A stretch of 64,000 nucleotides of DNA from the NCBI GenBank assembly GCA_034111185.1, contig JAWUXS010000026.1, positions 49,814-113,813 on the forward strand, read 5' to 3'. The notes beneath the pieces are model-generated. The model saw only the letters and a list, made by a program, of their open reading frames with translations, did not search any database and had not been told where the DNA came from. Of this stretch, positions 28,680 to 38,954 are shown piece by piece. Position 1 is the first letter of the stretch, and each line of letters begins with the position of its first letter. The position numbers and the translations under genes were made by a program. This DNA is from Paracoccaceae bacterium (GTDB taxonomy: Bacteria; Pseudomonadota; Alphaproteobacteria; Rhodobacterales; Rhodobacteraceae).

Positions 28680-28892
28680 CTAACAACGCCAAGTTTCAGG
28701 CGCATCCCAGAACGCACGTTGCCCTTCGATGGCTGCATCTTTTGTGGTGATGCCGACGTCAGCAAGCTGCTCGGCTGAAAGCTTGCGAAGGGCGCGGCGC
28801 TGCTGTGCGAGCCCGTGAAGTTGCACCAAACGTGCCAAGAGTGAGACGCGTGGAGATGTCCGTGACATTGAGATGGATGTGAGGGCAGTCAT
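28680..28892 (-). CDS. DUF1127 small protein
   Basis: QRRALRKLSAEQLADVGIT...EGQRAFWD; AAAGGA SD. Confidence 0.85.
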   Translation of the reverse strand: MTALTSISMSRTSPRVSLLARLVQLHGLAQQRRALRKLSAEQLADVGITTKDAAIEGQRAFWDAPETWRC

Positions 28893-28990
28893 AGTGCTTC
28901 CTTTCGTGATGTGTTGTTCGTTTTGTATTCCGATGCTTGATGTATGCGGCATCATATGACATAAGGAAAACGAATGTTTGTGATCAATGA

Positions 28991-29007
28991 CATCAGGAAG
29001 TGTGATG
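28991..29007. promoter_or_regulatory. LysR-type recognition box (T-N11-A)
   Basis: CATCA-GGAAGTG-TGATG dyad immediately before the lysR ATG, in the divergent DUF1127/LysR promoter. Confidence 0.6.
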
Positions 29008-29008
29008 A

Positions 29009-29884
29009 ATGAGAAATCTTGATATGACAGCGCTACGCTCGTTCGTGGCGGTCGCAGAAGAGGGCGGCGTGACGCGGGCTGCGGGTTTTTTGAACCTTAC
29101 GCAATCTGCGGTCTCAATGCAGCTTAAGCGGCTAGAGGAATCTTTGGACGTTCAATTGCTTGATCGTTCGGCGCGAACCATCGGCCTGACAGCACAAGGT
29201 GAGCAGCTATTAAGCTATGCGCGCCGCATGCTGATCCTGAATGACGAGGCTTACGGGCGTCTAACCGCGCAAGATTTTGAGGGCGAAGTCACCCTTGGTG
29301 TGCCGCATGATATTGTGTATCCTGCAATTCCGCCTGTTTTGCAGCGCTTTGCCGCAGCTTATCCACGCGTAAAGGTGCATCTGCTGTCGTCTTTCACGAA
29401 CGAGCTGAAAGAACAGTTCAAAAAGGGCGAAGCGGATGTGGTTCTGACCACCGAAGGCTTGCTGAGCGAAAGTGGTGAAACACTATGTAAGCGCAAGCTG
29501 GTTTGGATCGGCGCACCGGATGGGCAAGCCCACAAACAACGACCATTGCGCCTCGCGTTTGAACAGCGGTGTGCATTCCGGCAGATGGCTCAAGGCCGTT
29601 TGGACGAAATGAACGTGCCTTGGGAAATGGCGGTTGAGACCCAATCAAGCCGTACGATTGAGGCGACAGTCAGTGCCGACCTTGCTGTTCACGCAATGCT
29701 TGAGGGGACAGTTCCGTCCCATTGCGCGGCACTACCTAGCAATTGTGGCTTGCCGTCTTTGGGCGAAAACCAGATCAATATGTATTACCGCAAGCAAAGC
29801 GCATCCCCCGTGGTTGCCGCCCTCGCTGAAATGGTGCGCGCCGCTTACCGTGTGAAATCTGCGCCGTTGACGGTTGTGGCATAA
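29009..29884 (+). CDS. LysR family transcriptional regulator
   Basis: LRSFVAVAEEGGVTRAA..LNLTQSAVSMQLKRLEE. Confidence 0.95.
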   Translation: MRNLDMTALRSFVAVAEEGGVTRAAGFLNLTQSAVSMQLKRLEESLDVQLLDRSARTIGLTAQGEQLLSYARRMLILNDEAYGRLTAQDFEGEVTLGVPHDIVYPAIPPVLQRFAAAYPRVKVHLLSSFTNELKEQFKKGEADVVLTTEGLLSESGETLCKRKLVWIGAPDGQAHKQRPLRLAFEQRCAFRQMAQGRLDEMNVPWEMAVETQSSRTIEATVSADLAVHAMLEGTVPSHCAALPSNCGLPSLGENQINMYYRKQSASPVVAALAEMVRAAYRVKSAPLTVVA

Positions 29885-29901
29885 TTCAAAAGGGGCAGAG
29901 C

Positions 29902-30888
29902 ATGTTGCGTTGGGGGATCTTAGGCACTGGGTTCATTTCTCATAAGATGATTGAAGCCGTGCAGGCGAGTAATGGATCGTCTTTGCATACGATTGCTGGG
30001 CGCAAGCCTGATCAAGCGGCTGAGTTTCAATCAAAGTATGATTTTCCCCATATATCTATTGGATATGACGACGTGTTGGCCGACCCTGATGTGGACGCTG
30101 TCTATATTGGTTTGCCCAATCACATACATCATGTGCTGACCAAAGCTGCCGCGGAGGCAGGCAAAGCTGTTTTGTCTGAGAAGTCTTTGACGACGACGAT
30201 GGCCGAGGCAGATATGCTTTTGACATCGGTCAAAGAACAGAGAACGTTTTTTGCTGAAGGGCTAATGTATCTGTCGCACCCGCTTTATGCCCGTTTGACC
30301 GAAATCCTGAATGATGGGCGTTTGGGCGCTTTGCGATCTGTATCTGGGCGGTATGCTGCGGATATTTGGCAAGTGACCAATCCTGCGGGGCGGGGCACAC
30401 TATATAATCTTGGATGTTATCCTGCGTCTTTGCTTCACTATGTGGTGCAGGCCATGTGCGGGGATTCTGCGTTCGTTGATCGATCTTTGGCGGGGCAGGG
30501 CATTTTGTCAGCAAAAGATGGAACAATTAGCGATGCGTCTGCTTCGGTCAAATTCGCGAATGGCGTGCTTGCTACGCTGCAATCGACCGATAGCTACGGC
30601 ATGGCGCATGACTTTGCCATTATGGGCGACCACGGCGTGTTGCGGTTTGTCACGAACCCTTGGCTGCCTGTCGCAGGGCGCAACCACATGCAGTGGTGTC
30701 CCTATGAAGGAGAGATGGAGGACATCTATGTCGATGATCCCTTTGATGCATTCTACTACCAAGTCAAAATGGTCGAAAATGCCGTGGCAACGGGCGCAAC
30801 CGAAGCACCGCGCCCATCACCGCGTCTGTCGGATTCATATGAAATCATGGGCTTTCTGACCGAGTGGGAGGCCTGCTGCCGCGCCTAA
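29902..30888 (+). CDS. Gfo/Idh/MocA family oxidoreductase
   Basis: LRWGILGTG, DAVYIGLPNH, EKSL, G.LY.LGCY. Confidence 0.88.
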   Translation: MLRWGILGTGFISHKMIEAVQASNGSSLHTIAGRKPDQAAEFQSKYDFPHISIGYDDVLADPDVDAVYIGLPNHIHHVLTKAAAEAGKAVLSEKSLTTTMAEADMLLTSVKEQRTFFAEGLMYLSHPLYARLTEILNDGRLGALRSVSGRYAADIWQVTNPAGRGTLYNLGCYPASLLHYVVQAMCGDSAFVDRSLAGQGILSAKDGTISDASASVKFANGVLATLQSTDSYGMAHDFAIMGDHGVLRFVTNPWLPVAGRNHMQWCPYEGEMEDIYVDDPFDAFYYQVKMVENAVATGATEAPRPSPRLSDSYEIMGFLTEWEACCRA

Positions 30889-31844
30889 GGTGTCACGACG
30901 ACTTTGCCCGTGGACTTACGACTGCGCATAAGCTCAAGCGCTTCGCCTGCTTGTTCGAGCGGCAATACATGGCTGATATGGGGTGAAAGTTTTCCTGCGG
31001 AGTAAAGCTGCAGCAGTTCCTCAAGGCTTTGCATAAGGGCGGGGGCGTTGAACTTAAGGTACCCACCCCAATAAAAGCCAATAACGGTAATGTTTTTAAC
31101 CAACAGGATATTTGCGGGCAGCGTTGGCAGGTTTCCACTGGCAAAACCGATCACGATGATTCGGGCCTCGCGGTTGCAGGCACCAAATGCCGCCTTATGA
31201 AGGTCGCCGCCCACCGGATCGTAAACGACATCCGCACCACCAAGAGCCTTGACTGTGGCTTTGACGTCATCTGTGTCGCTATTAATCAAGTGGTCAGCAC
31301 CCGCGGCACGGGCCACTTCAAGCTTATCCGCGCCCCTTGCGACAGCGATCACTTTGGCCCCAAGTGCCTTGCCGATTTCAACCGCAGTAAGGCCTACGCC
31401 GCCCGCCGCGCCGAGCACCAAGAGTGTCTCTCCGGCCTGCAATTTTGCCCGCCGAGTGAGGGCCATATGAGAGGTTCCGTATGCAACCATAAAGCCCGCA
31501 GCGACGGCGTCTGGCATAGCTTCTGGAACCGGTAGGCAAAGGTCGGCGGGGAAGATTCCTTGTTGTGCTAGGCCACCTTGGCCGCCAAATACCGCAACGC
31601 GGGTGCCAATCGCAGGGGTGCTTACACCGGGACCATGACCCCGAACGACGCCGCAAACCTCTAACCCCAAAGTGAAGGGCGGCGGTGGCGTGTCTTGATA
31701 GGTGCCATCGGCCATTAAAAGGTCGGCAAAATTCAATCCACAGGCCTTTACGTCAACTAGAACTTCGCCTTCTGCGGGTGCTCGGATTTCGGCAGTTCTA
31801 ATCAGCGGCGGCTGGGCAAAGTCAACAACTTGAAAAGCCTGCAT
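30885..31844 (-). CDS. NADPH:quinone oxidoreductase family (MDR)
   Basis: GLNFAD, GLEVCG, LGAAGGVG, DPVGG, GFASG, GKVV. Confidence 0.88.
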   Translation of the reverse strand: MQAFQVVDFAQPPLIRTAEIRAPAEGEVLVDVKACGLNFADLLMADGTYQDTPPPPFTLGLEVCGVVRGHGPGVSTPAIGTRVAVFGGQGGLAQQGIFPADLCLPVPEAMPDAVAAGFMVAYGTSHMALTRRAKLQAGETLLVLGAAGGVGLTAVEIGKALGAKVIAVARGADKLEVARAAGADHLINSDTDDVKATVKALGGADVVYDPVGGDLHKAAFGACNREARIIVIGFASGNLPTLPANILLVKNITVIGFYWGGYLKFNAPALMQSLEELLQLYSAGKLSPHISHVLPLEQAGEALELMRSRKSTGKVVVTP

Positions 31845-32118
31845 TTGATTCCATTCCTGAAGTAATATGTAATGTTTCGTGCGGTTGAGAGCCCAAAATA
31901 GCAGCCAAAGGGTGGAATTCAATTGGATTTTCACCGGTTCTTTAGGAGTCCCGCCAGATAACCTGTCTTAAAGTTAGCTTATGTGCTACAACCGTTGCGT
32001 GTTTTACTATTTGGATGGCAATCACGTTTCGACGGAGCAAAAAATTGAGCGGCTCCACGAAATTTATGTTGGCGAATAGGATAGCTCTATTTGTTAGCGT
32101 CCATCTAAGGAATACGAA

Positions 32119-32490
32119 ATGAGCCACCCTGTAGACGTTCATGTTGGAAAACGCATCCGTCACCGCCGCTGGATGAACGGCACAACACAACAGCAGTTGG
32201 CTGAGAAAGTTGGAATCAAATTCCAACAGATCCAGAAATATGAAACGGGCATGAACCGCGTAAGCGCGTCACGTCTTTGGGACATCGCGGGAGTCCTTGG
32301 TGTTCCGGTGTCTTTCTTCTTTGAAGGGCTCACAGAACAGACTGATGAGAACGCAAACAGTTCGGACCTGCCGGGTGATATCCTGACGGACAAAGAAGCA
32401 CTTGAACTTCTTCGTTCGTACTATGCAATTCCAGAAAATCAGCGCCGTCGCTTGTTCGACCTCGCACGGGTTTTAAGCGAAGCTGCTTAA
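32119..32490 (+). CDS. XRE/Cro-CI HTH regulator (PraR/PhrR-like)
   Basis: VDVHVGKRIR...QQIQKYETGMNRVSASRL..IA..L.VPVSFFF. Confidence 0.88.
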   Translation: MSHPVDVHVGKRIRHRRWMNGTTQQQLAEKVGIKFQQIQKYETGMNRVSASRLWDIAGVLGVPVSFFFEGLTEQTDENANSSDLPGDILTDKEALELLRSYYAIPENQRRRLFDLARVLSEAA

Positions 32491-32554
32491 ACCTTTTATT
32501 GACCCCGTCCTTCTCATCGCGGTACCGCTATTGTAGCTGAGTAGGGATGGGGCA

Positions 32555-33376
32555 ATGACTAACATTATCGACGACAACACCCAAGCAGACCTCATTCGGG
32601 TAGCGCATCTTGTTGCTGATGCCGCCCGCGTCGAGACGCTGCGCCTCTTTCGGGTTCCAGGTCTTATTGCTGACGACAAAGCAAAAGGTGCTGAAGTTTT
32701 TGATCCAGTAACCGAAGCTGACCGTGCCGCCGAGGCGGCAATGCGCGCAATTCTTGAAAAAGAACGCCCTGACGATGGAATTCTTGGTGAAGAGCTTGCC
32801 ACGAAGGTCGGTACGACTGGGCTGACTTGGGTTCTTGATCCTATTGATGGCACGCGCGGATATATTTCGGGTACCCCGACGTGGGGTGTTTTGATTTCGG
32901 TCGCTGATGCACGCGGTCCGCAATTTGGTATTATTGACCAACCATATATTGGCGAGCGTTTTGTAGGCGGTTTTGGCATTTCAGAGATGACTGGCCCACG
33001 CGGCACTGTCCAACTTGAGACGCGCAAGAATCGCCCATTCGCAAGTGCAACGTTGCTAAGCACATTCCCAGAAGTTGGGTCCGCTATTGAACGCCGCGCG
33101 TTCGAGGCTGTCGCAAAGAAGGTACAACTGACGCGCTACGGTATGGATTGTTACGGATACGCCCTGCTTGCTGCGGGGCAGGTCGATCTGGTGATCGAGG
33201 CTGGTCTTCACCCTTACGACATTCATGCGCCGATTGCTGTAATTCAAGCCGCTGGTGGCATTGTATCAAACTGGCAAGGCGGGGCTGCACATATGGGCGG
33301 GCGTGTTCTTGCTGCCGCAAACCGCGATGTTCAGTCCGTCGCATTATCAATTTTACAAGATTGCATCGATGACTAA
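32555..33376 (+). CDS. hisN: inositol monophosphatase family, probable histidinol-phosphatase
   Basis: DPVTEADR, GEE, WVLDPIDGTR, YGMDCY.Y, PYDI. Confidence 0.75.
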   Translation: MTNIIDDNTQADLIRVAHLVADAARVETLRLFRVPGLIADDKAKGAEVFDPVTEADRAAEAAMRAILEKERPDDGILGEELATKVGTTGLTWVLDPIDGTRGYISGTPTWGVLISVADARGPQFGIIDQPYIGERFVGGFGISEMTGPRGTVQLETRKNRPFASATLLSTFPEVGSAIERRAFEAVAKKVQLTRYGMDCYGYALLAAGQVDLVIEAGLHPYDIHAPIAVIQAAGGIVSNWQGGAAHMGGRVLAAANRDVQSVALSILQDCIDD

Positions 33377-34706
33377 GACACTTATTCGCGACGCCAATGT
33401 CATTCTAACCATGAATGATGCGCGCGCAGAGCTTTCGCATTCTGATATTCTTATCGAAGACGGTGTGATCACTGCCGTCGGTGCGGGTCTTGTCTCTGAT
33501 GGGGCAAATGTCGTTTCGGCTAAAGGCTGTGTTGTGACGCCGGGCCTCGTGAATACGCACCACCATTTGTATCAAACTTTGACGCGCGCTGTACCCGGTG
33601 GGCAGGATGCGCTGCTGTTTGGCTGGTTGCAGACGCTTTATCCTATTTGGTCCAAATTCGGCCCAGAAGAGATGTTTGTGTCTGCGCAGGTTGGTCTGGC
33701 AGAGCTTGCGCTTTCTGGCTGTACGCAAACGTCGGACCACTTGTATTTATATCCCAATGGTTCGCGCCTAGACGATACGATTGCTGCCGCTACTGAGGTT
33801 GGCATGCGGTTTCATCCAACACGCGGCGCGATGAGCATTGGCGAAAGCGATGGCGGCCTGCCGCCTGATAGCCTTGTTGAAAAAGAAGCCGCGATCCTTG
33901 AGGATTGTATTCGCGTAATCGATGCCCATCATGATCCGCATGCGGGTGCGATGGTGCGCGTAGGCGTGGCACCGTGTTCGCCATTTTCTGTCAGCCGCGA
34001 TCTGATGCGCGATGCGGCGGTTCTGGCGCGGGACAAGGGTGTGATGCTGCATACGCATCTGGCCGAAAATGACGAAGACATTGCCTATTCGCTTGAGAAA
34101 TTTGGCTGCCGTCCGGGGCAATATGCCGAAGACCTTGGCTGGACGGGCGATGACGTTTGGCATGCACATTGTGTTAAGCTGGATGCAAAAGAAATCGACC
34201 TGTTTGCCAAAAGCCAAACAGGCGTTGCGCATTGCCCGTGTTCGAATTGCCGTTTGGGGTCAGGTATCGCACCCGTGCGTGCGATGCGTGATGCAGGCGT
34301 GCCTGTCGGGCTTGGTGTTGATGGATCAGCAAGCAACGACATCGGCAACCTAATGGCCGAGGCGCGTCAAACGATGTTGCTGCAACGTGTCGCAAACGGT
34401 GCCGACGCGATGAGTGCGCGCGAAGCGTTAGAGATAGCGACACGTGGTGGCGCAAAGGTTCTTGGTCGTGACGATTGTGGGCAAATCGCTGTCGGTAAGC
34501 GTGCCGATATTGCGGTGTGGGATGTGACTGGCATTGAAAGTGCAGGCAGCTGGGACCCAGCGGCGCTCGTGCTTGCTGGACCGTCCAAGCCGCGTGATGT
34601 GTTTGTCGAGGGTCGCCAGATTGTTGCAGGCGGTGAAATGCAAACGATTGATTTGCCTGCGGTGATCGCCAAGCAAAATCGATTGGCACAAAAACTAGGT
34701 GCCTAA
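33369..34706 (+). CDS. 8-oxoguanine deaminase (amidohydrolase)
   Basis: NTHHHLYQTLTR, APCSPFS, HTHLAE, AHCPCSN, GLGVDGSASND. Confidence 0.85.
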   Translation: MTKTLIRDANVILTMNDARAELSHSDILIEDGVITAVGAGLVSDGANVVSAKGCVVTPGLVNTHHHLYQTLTRAVPGGQDALLFGWLQTLYPIWSKFGPEEMFVSAQVGLAELALSGCTQTSDHLYLYPNGSRLDDTIAAATEVGMRFHPTRGAMSIGESDGGLPPDSLVEKEAAILEDCIRVIDAHHDPHAGAMVRVGVAPCSPFSVSRDLMRDAAVLARDKGVMLHTHLAENDEDIAYSLEKFGCRPGQYAEDLGWTGDDVWHAHCVKLDAKEIDLFAKSQTGVAHCPCSNCRLGSGIAPVRAMRDAGVPVGLGVDGSASNDIGNLMAEARQTMLLQRVANGADAMSAREALEIATRGGAKVLGRDDCGQIAVGKRADIAVWDVTGIESAGSWDPAALVLAGPSKPRDVFVEGRQIVAGGEMQTIDLPAVIAKQNRLAQKLGA

Positions 34707-34709
34707 AGG

Positions 34710-35999
34710 CTAACCGACGCGTTTACCTGCAACCCACACATCTTTGATTGCGCGATCATCGCCTAGCATAATGGTCGGGAACACCGCGTCCCATATGCCA
34801 TCTGCTTGGGCTGCGCGCTGCGCAATTGCGGGGGTTGAGGCAAGATCAAGCACAGTGATGTCTGCCATTGCTCCGGCTGTCAGGGTGCCAATCTCGCCTT
34901 GCATATGCAGCGCCTCGGCCGATCCCGCAGTAGCAAGCCACATCAGCTGGGCAGGGTGCAGGGCAAAACCGCGTAATTGTGCCACTTCATACGCCGCAGC
35001 CATCGTGCGCAGCATTGAGAAAGATGAGCCACCGCCAGTATCTGTCGCAAGACCGGTTGTCAGCCCAGCTTTGGCCAAGCCCATCAGATCAAAAAGGCCC
35101 GAACCGATGAACGTATTGGATGTCGGACAATGCACGACGGCCGCGCCAACCTCGGCCATGCGGTCAATCTCGCGCGGCTCAAGGTGGATGGCATGGCCGT
35201 AAATGCCACGTGCGCCCAGCAGGCCGTAAGTCTCATAGGTATCAAGGTAATCGCGGGACTGTGGGAACAGGTCTTTGACCCACGCGATTTCAGGGTGCTG
35301 TTCGCTGAGGTGCGTTTGCATTAAGCAATCAGGATGCTCTGCCCATAACGCGCCCAAAGCGGCAAGCTGCTCCGGCGTAGATGTTGGTGAGAATCGCGGC
35401 GTGATCGCATATGTGGCGCGGCCTTTACCGTGCCAAGCGTTTAGCAATGCTTTGCTATCGTCATAGGCAGATTGGGCTGTGTCCTGCAGGGCTGGGATCG
35501 CGTTGCGGTCCATGCAGGTCTTGCCTGCAATCACAGCCATTCCACGCGTTTCAGCGGCACCAAAAAATGCATCAACGCTTTCCGGATGGATCGTGCAGTA
35601 ACTTGTCAGCGTTGTCGTGCCATGTGCCAGTGCCAAATCAAGGGTGTCTGACGCGACTGCATCGGCATAGGCGCGGTCGCCAAACCGTGCCTCTTCGGGG
35701 AAAGTGTACGTATTCAGCCAATCAATCAGCTGCTTGCCCCAGCTCGCGATGATGCGGGTCTGGGGATAATGCATATGCGCATCAACAAAGCCCGCATGGA
35801 TCAAAGCATCACCGTAATCAGTGATCGTCGCATCTGGTGCTTGCACCCGCAGCGTATCACGCGACCCCACGGCAATTATCCGGTCGCCGTCGATCAAGAC
35901 GCCGCCCGCGCTATCAAAACGTGCGACATCCGCCCACGGGGACGTCAAAGGATTGCCATCAAACCAAAGGGTTTGGCCCAGAAGAAGGTGTTTGCTCAT
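34710..35999 (-). CDS. guaD: guanine deaminase
   Basis: DAHMHYPQ, WLNTYTFPEE, ITPRF, QTHLSE, HCPTSN, TDTGGG. Confidence 0.93.
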   Translation of the reverse strand: MSKHLLLGQTLWFDGNPLTSPWADVARFDSAGGVLIDGDRIIAVGSRDTLRVQAPDATITDYGDALIHAGFVDAHMHYPQTRIIASWGKQLIDWLNTYTFPEEARFGDRAYADAVASDTLDLALAHGTTTLTSYCTIHPESVDAFFGAAETRGMAVIAGKTCMDRNAIPALQDTAQSAYDDSKALLNAWHGKGRATYAITPRFSPTSTPEQLAALGALWAEHPDCLMQTHLSEQHPEIAWVKDLFPQSRDYLDTYETYGLLGARGIYGHAIHLEPREIDRMAEVGAAVVHCPTSNTFIGSGLFDLMGLAKAGLTTGLATDTGGGSSFSMLRTMAAAYEVAQLRGFALHPAQLMWLATAGSAEALHMQGEIGTLTAGAMADITVLDLASTPAIAQRAAQADGIWDAVFPTIMLGDDRAIKDVWVAGKRVG

Positions 36000-36100
36000 A
36001 CCAACTTACATACGCAGCAATTGATGGCGGGTAAATTGCCCAATTCTTGTTGTGACCCGCTAGACTTGGACTATGTTGGTCCCAAAGCGATGAGGCCGCC

Positions 36101-37483
36101 ATGACTGATCCCCACAATCTGCGCGAAGAAACCACTGAAGAGGTGTTTGGCATTGGCAATAGCCTTGTCAGCGAAGTCTTGGACGCGGTTGAAAATGGCG
36201 ATTTGCCAACGATCAACACGTTGCTTGATCCGCTGCACCCTGCCGATATTGCCCACCTGATCGAGCTGATTAACCCACGTAAACGCAAGATGCTCTTGGA
36301 TGTGTGGAAAGGCGGGGTCGACGGTGAAGTACTGTCAGAGCTTGATGAAAGCCTGCGCGAAGAGATCATCGACGGGCTTGCACCGGGTGAATTGGCACAT
36401 GCTGTGCGCGATCTTGATAGTGACGATGTTGTTAATCTGGTTGAATATCTTGATGATGATCAGCAAGAGGCCGTGCTTGACGCACTTGATGCCACCGATC
36501 GCGTTGCAGTCGAAAAGGCGCTTGCTTACCCCGAAGAGTCCGCCGGTCGCCACATGCAGCTTGAGCTGGTCCGCGCCCCGAGCCATTGGTCAGTCGGCGA
36601 GGCGATTGATTACCTGCGGTCGGATATTGAGCTGCCAGATCAATTCTACCACATCATTCTGATCGATCCGCGCATGAAGGCGCTGGGCTACGTCACACTT
36701 GGCCGCGTTCTTGGTGCTAAGCGCGAAACCCCGCTGATAGACATCATCGAGGACAGCTTTCGCACATTCAACGTCAACCAAGACGTCGAAGAGGTCGCGA
36801 ACGCGATCAACCACTATCACATGATCACAGCCCCCGTTGTTGATGATAACGAGCGGGTGGTGGGCGTCATTACCATCGACGACGCAATGGCATTCATTGA
36901 AGAAGAGGCCGAAGAAGACCTTATGCGTCTTGCCGGTGTTGGCGAGGGTTCGCTGTCTGACCGCGTGCTGGAAACCACGCGCCAACGGTTCCCGTGGCTC
37001 GCCGTCAATCTTGTGACGGCGATATGTGCGTCATTGGTGATCTCATTGTTCGAAGAAACGATCTCGGGCCTTGTAGCGTTGGCGGTGCTGATGCCAATCG
37101 TGGCCTCAATGGGCGGAAACGCTGGTACTCAATCACTGACCGTTGCCGTGCGTGCGATTGCAACTCGCGACCTGACTGGCGCAAACGTCTGGCGGGTCAT
37201 TCGGCGTGAAGTCCTCGTTGGTTTAATCAACGGCCTGATATTTGCCGTACTCATGGGCCTCGTTGGTGCCATTTGGTTTGATAATACGATGCTTGGTCTT
37301 GTGATCGCGGTGGCAATGGTGATCAATATGGTTGTTGCAGGACTAGCAGGCACTGGCGTGCCGATTTTGCTTGAAAAGATGGGCGTCGACCCCGCGCTGG
37401 CCTCGGGGGCATTTGTGACCACGGTCACCGATGTCATCGGCTTTTTCGCCTTCCTAGGCCTTGCTGCGGTGTGGCTGCTATGA
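36101..37483 (+). CDS. mgtE: magnesium transporter MgtE
   Basis: HPADIA, CBS pair, RFPWL, MGGNAGTQ, DPALASG.FVTTVTD. Confidence 0.95.
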   Translation: MTDPHNLREETTEEVFGIGNSLVSEVLDAVENGDLPTINTLLDPLHPADIAHLIELINPRKRKMLLDVWKGGVDGEVLSELDESLREEIIDGLAPGELAHAVRDLDSDDVVNLVEYLDDDQQEAVLDALDATDRVAVEKALAYPEESAGRHMQLELVRAPSHWSVGEAIDYLRSDIELPDQFYHIILIDPRMKALGYVTLGRVLGAKRETPLIDIIEDSFRTFNVNQDVEEVANAINHYHMITAPVVDDNERVVGVITIDDAMAFIEEEAEEDLMRLAGVGEGSLSDRVLETTRQRFPWLAVNLVTAICASLVISLFEETISGLVALAVLMPIVASMGGNAGTQSLTVAVRAIATRDLTGANVWRVIRREVLVGLINGLIFAVLMGLVGAIWFDNTMLGLVIAVAMVINMVVAGLAGTGVPILLEKMGVDPALASGAFVTTVTDVIGFFAFLGLAAVWLL

Positions 37484-38034
37484 CTGATCTTATCGCCCGC
37501 AAAGACGCCGCCCGCAAAGCAGCCTTTGCACGTCGCAAAGACGCGCATGACCCAAATGCCGCAACCGCTGGCTACCTTAGCGAAGTCCTCGCGGGATACC
37601 GCGGCGTGCCGCTGGCTGGATACATGGCAATGCGCACTGAAATTGACCCAACCCCAACCATGGAAGAGGTTGCAGCCCACGGTATCGTTGGCGTCCCTGT
37701 CATTTTGGGCGCAGGTCAACCGCTCAAATTCCGCGCTTGGACACCTGGTTGCACAATGATCGCGGGCGCGTTTGGCGCATCGATCCCAGACGTGGGTGAT
37801 TGGATCACACCCGAAGTCGTGATCGTGCCGTTGGTGGCCTTTGATCGCAAAGGCGGACGCCTTGGGTACGGTGGCGGGTTCTACGACCGCACGCTCGAAC
37901 AACTCCGTGCGAAACGGCCAACATTCGCGATCGGTTTTGCCTACACCGCACAAGAAACAACAGACATCCCGCTAGAGCCGACTGACCAACCCCTCGACCT
38001 TATCGTCACCGAGACAGGCATCATTCAGCCCTGA
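37480..38034 (+). CDS. ygfA: 5-formyltetrahydrofolate cyclo-ligase
   Basis: VPLVAFD..G.RLGYGGGFYDR; ATGA overlap with mgtE. Confidence 0.93.
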   Translation: MTDLIARKDAARKAAFARRKDAHDPNAATAGYLSEVLAGYRGVPLAGYMAMRTEIDPTPTMEEVAAHGIVGVPVILGAGQPLKFRAWTPGCTMIAGAFGASIPDVGDWITPEVVIVPLVAFDRKGGRLGYGGGFYDRTLEQLRAKRPTFAIGFAYTAQETTDIPLEPTDQPLDLIVTETGIIQP

Positions 38035-38038
38035 TCGT

Positions 38039-38072
38039 GCTCGCTTTGTTGAAAGTACTCCCGCCGGAGGCA
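38039..38072 (+). repeat. 34-bp dispersed intergenic repeat, copy 1
   Basis: GCTCGCTTTGTTGAAAGTACTCCCGCCGGAGGCA; 32/34 identical to 45698-45731. Confidence 0.8.
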
Positions 38073-38138
38073 TTCTGCCGCGTCAAACTGCGCATTTTTA
38101 TCTAGCACAGCACCGCCGCAGGTCGTAACAGATGTCAC

Positions 38139-38954
38139 ATGAGAATATTATTCCTTGGCGACGTGATGGGTCGCGCTGGCCGCACAGCAATATCAAATCT
38201 TCTGCCGCAGCTCCGTAAGGACTGGCGGCTCGATTTTGTTGTGGTGAATGGCGAAAACGCAACCGGCGGAATGGGCCTCTCTGCGCCACATGCAAAGATC
38301 ATTCTGGATGCTGGTGCAGATGTTATCACGCTTGGCGATCATGCATTTGATCAAAAAGATATGCTTGGCTTTATTGCGGCTGAACCACGGGTCATCCGCC
38401 CGCTTAATTATTCCAAAGCCGCACCAGGCGTTGGTGCGCGGGTTTTTGAAGCGACGCAAGGCCGCAAGGTTCTTGTGACGCAGGCCCTTGGCCAAGTGTT
38501 CATGAAACGGCCATTTGATGATCCGTTTTCAGCGCTTGATGCCACGCTGCGCCAATACCCGATGGGCGGCCAAATTCAGGCCAGCCTTGTGGATATCCAC
38601 TGCGAAGCCACGTCTGAGAAGATGGCAACAGGCCATTTCTGCGATGGCCGTGCAAGTATTGTCGTAGGAACGCACACCCATGTACCGACGGCTGACGCGA
38701 TGATCCTGCCCGGTGGGACAGCCTATCAATCTGACGCTGGCATGTGTGGCGATTACAATTCCGTCATTGGCATGGATAAAGTCGAGCCGCTGCGCCGCTT
38801 TATCACAGGCATGCCCAAAGACCGTTTTTCCCCAGCCGCTGGCGAAGCCACCTTGTCTGGCCTTTATGTCGAAACTGACGACCGGACAGGGAAATCGACG
38901 CGCGTCGAAATGGTCCGTCAAGGCGGATTACTCCCCGCAGCAGGGCCTGCATGA
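38139..38954 (+). CDS. ymdB: YmdB/TIGR00282 metallophosphoesterase
   Basis: LFLGDVMG, NGEN, TLGDH, DIHCEATSEK, GTHTHVPT, DAGMCG. Confidence 0.88.
   Translation: MRILFLGDVMGRAGRTAISNLLPQLRKDWRLDFVVVNGENATGGMGLSAPHAKIILDAGADVITLGDHAFDQKDMLGFIAAEPRVIRPLNYSKAAPGVGARVFEATQGRKVLVTQALGQVFMKRPFDDPFSALDATLRQYPMGGQIQASLVDIHCEATSEKMATGHFCDGRASIVVGTHTHVPTADAMILPGGTAYQSDAGMCGDYNSVIGMDKVEPLRRFITGMPKDRFSPAAGEATLSGLYVETDDRTGKSTRVEMVRQGGLLPAAGPA

Noticed and set aside
28506-28680. CcsR/cuckoo sRNA array downstream of DUF1127
   Set aside because: No CCTCCTCCC motifs or repeated hairpins on the coding strand.
31968-31982. CtrA-like TTAA-N7-TTAT upstream of the XRE regulator (also TTAA-N7-GTAA at 63001-63015)
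   Set aside because: One mismatch each in AT-rich promoter DNA; not distinguishable from chance.
36000-36100. Mg2+ or purine riboswitch between guaD and mgtE
   Set aside because: The 100-bp divergent promoter region has no recognisable aptamer.
37400-37483. 6S RNA (ssrS), often found upstream of ygfA
   Set aside because: ygfA directly overlaps the mgtE stop, leaving no room.
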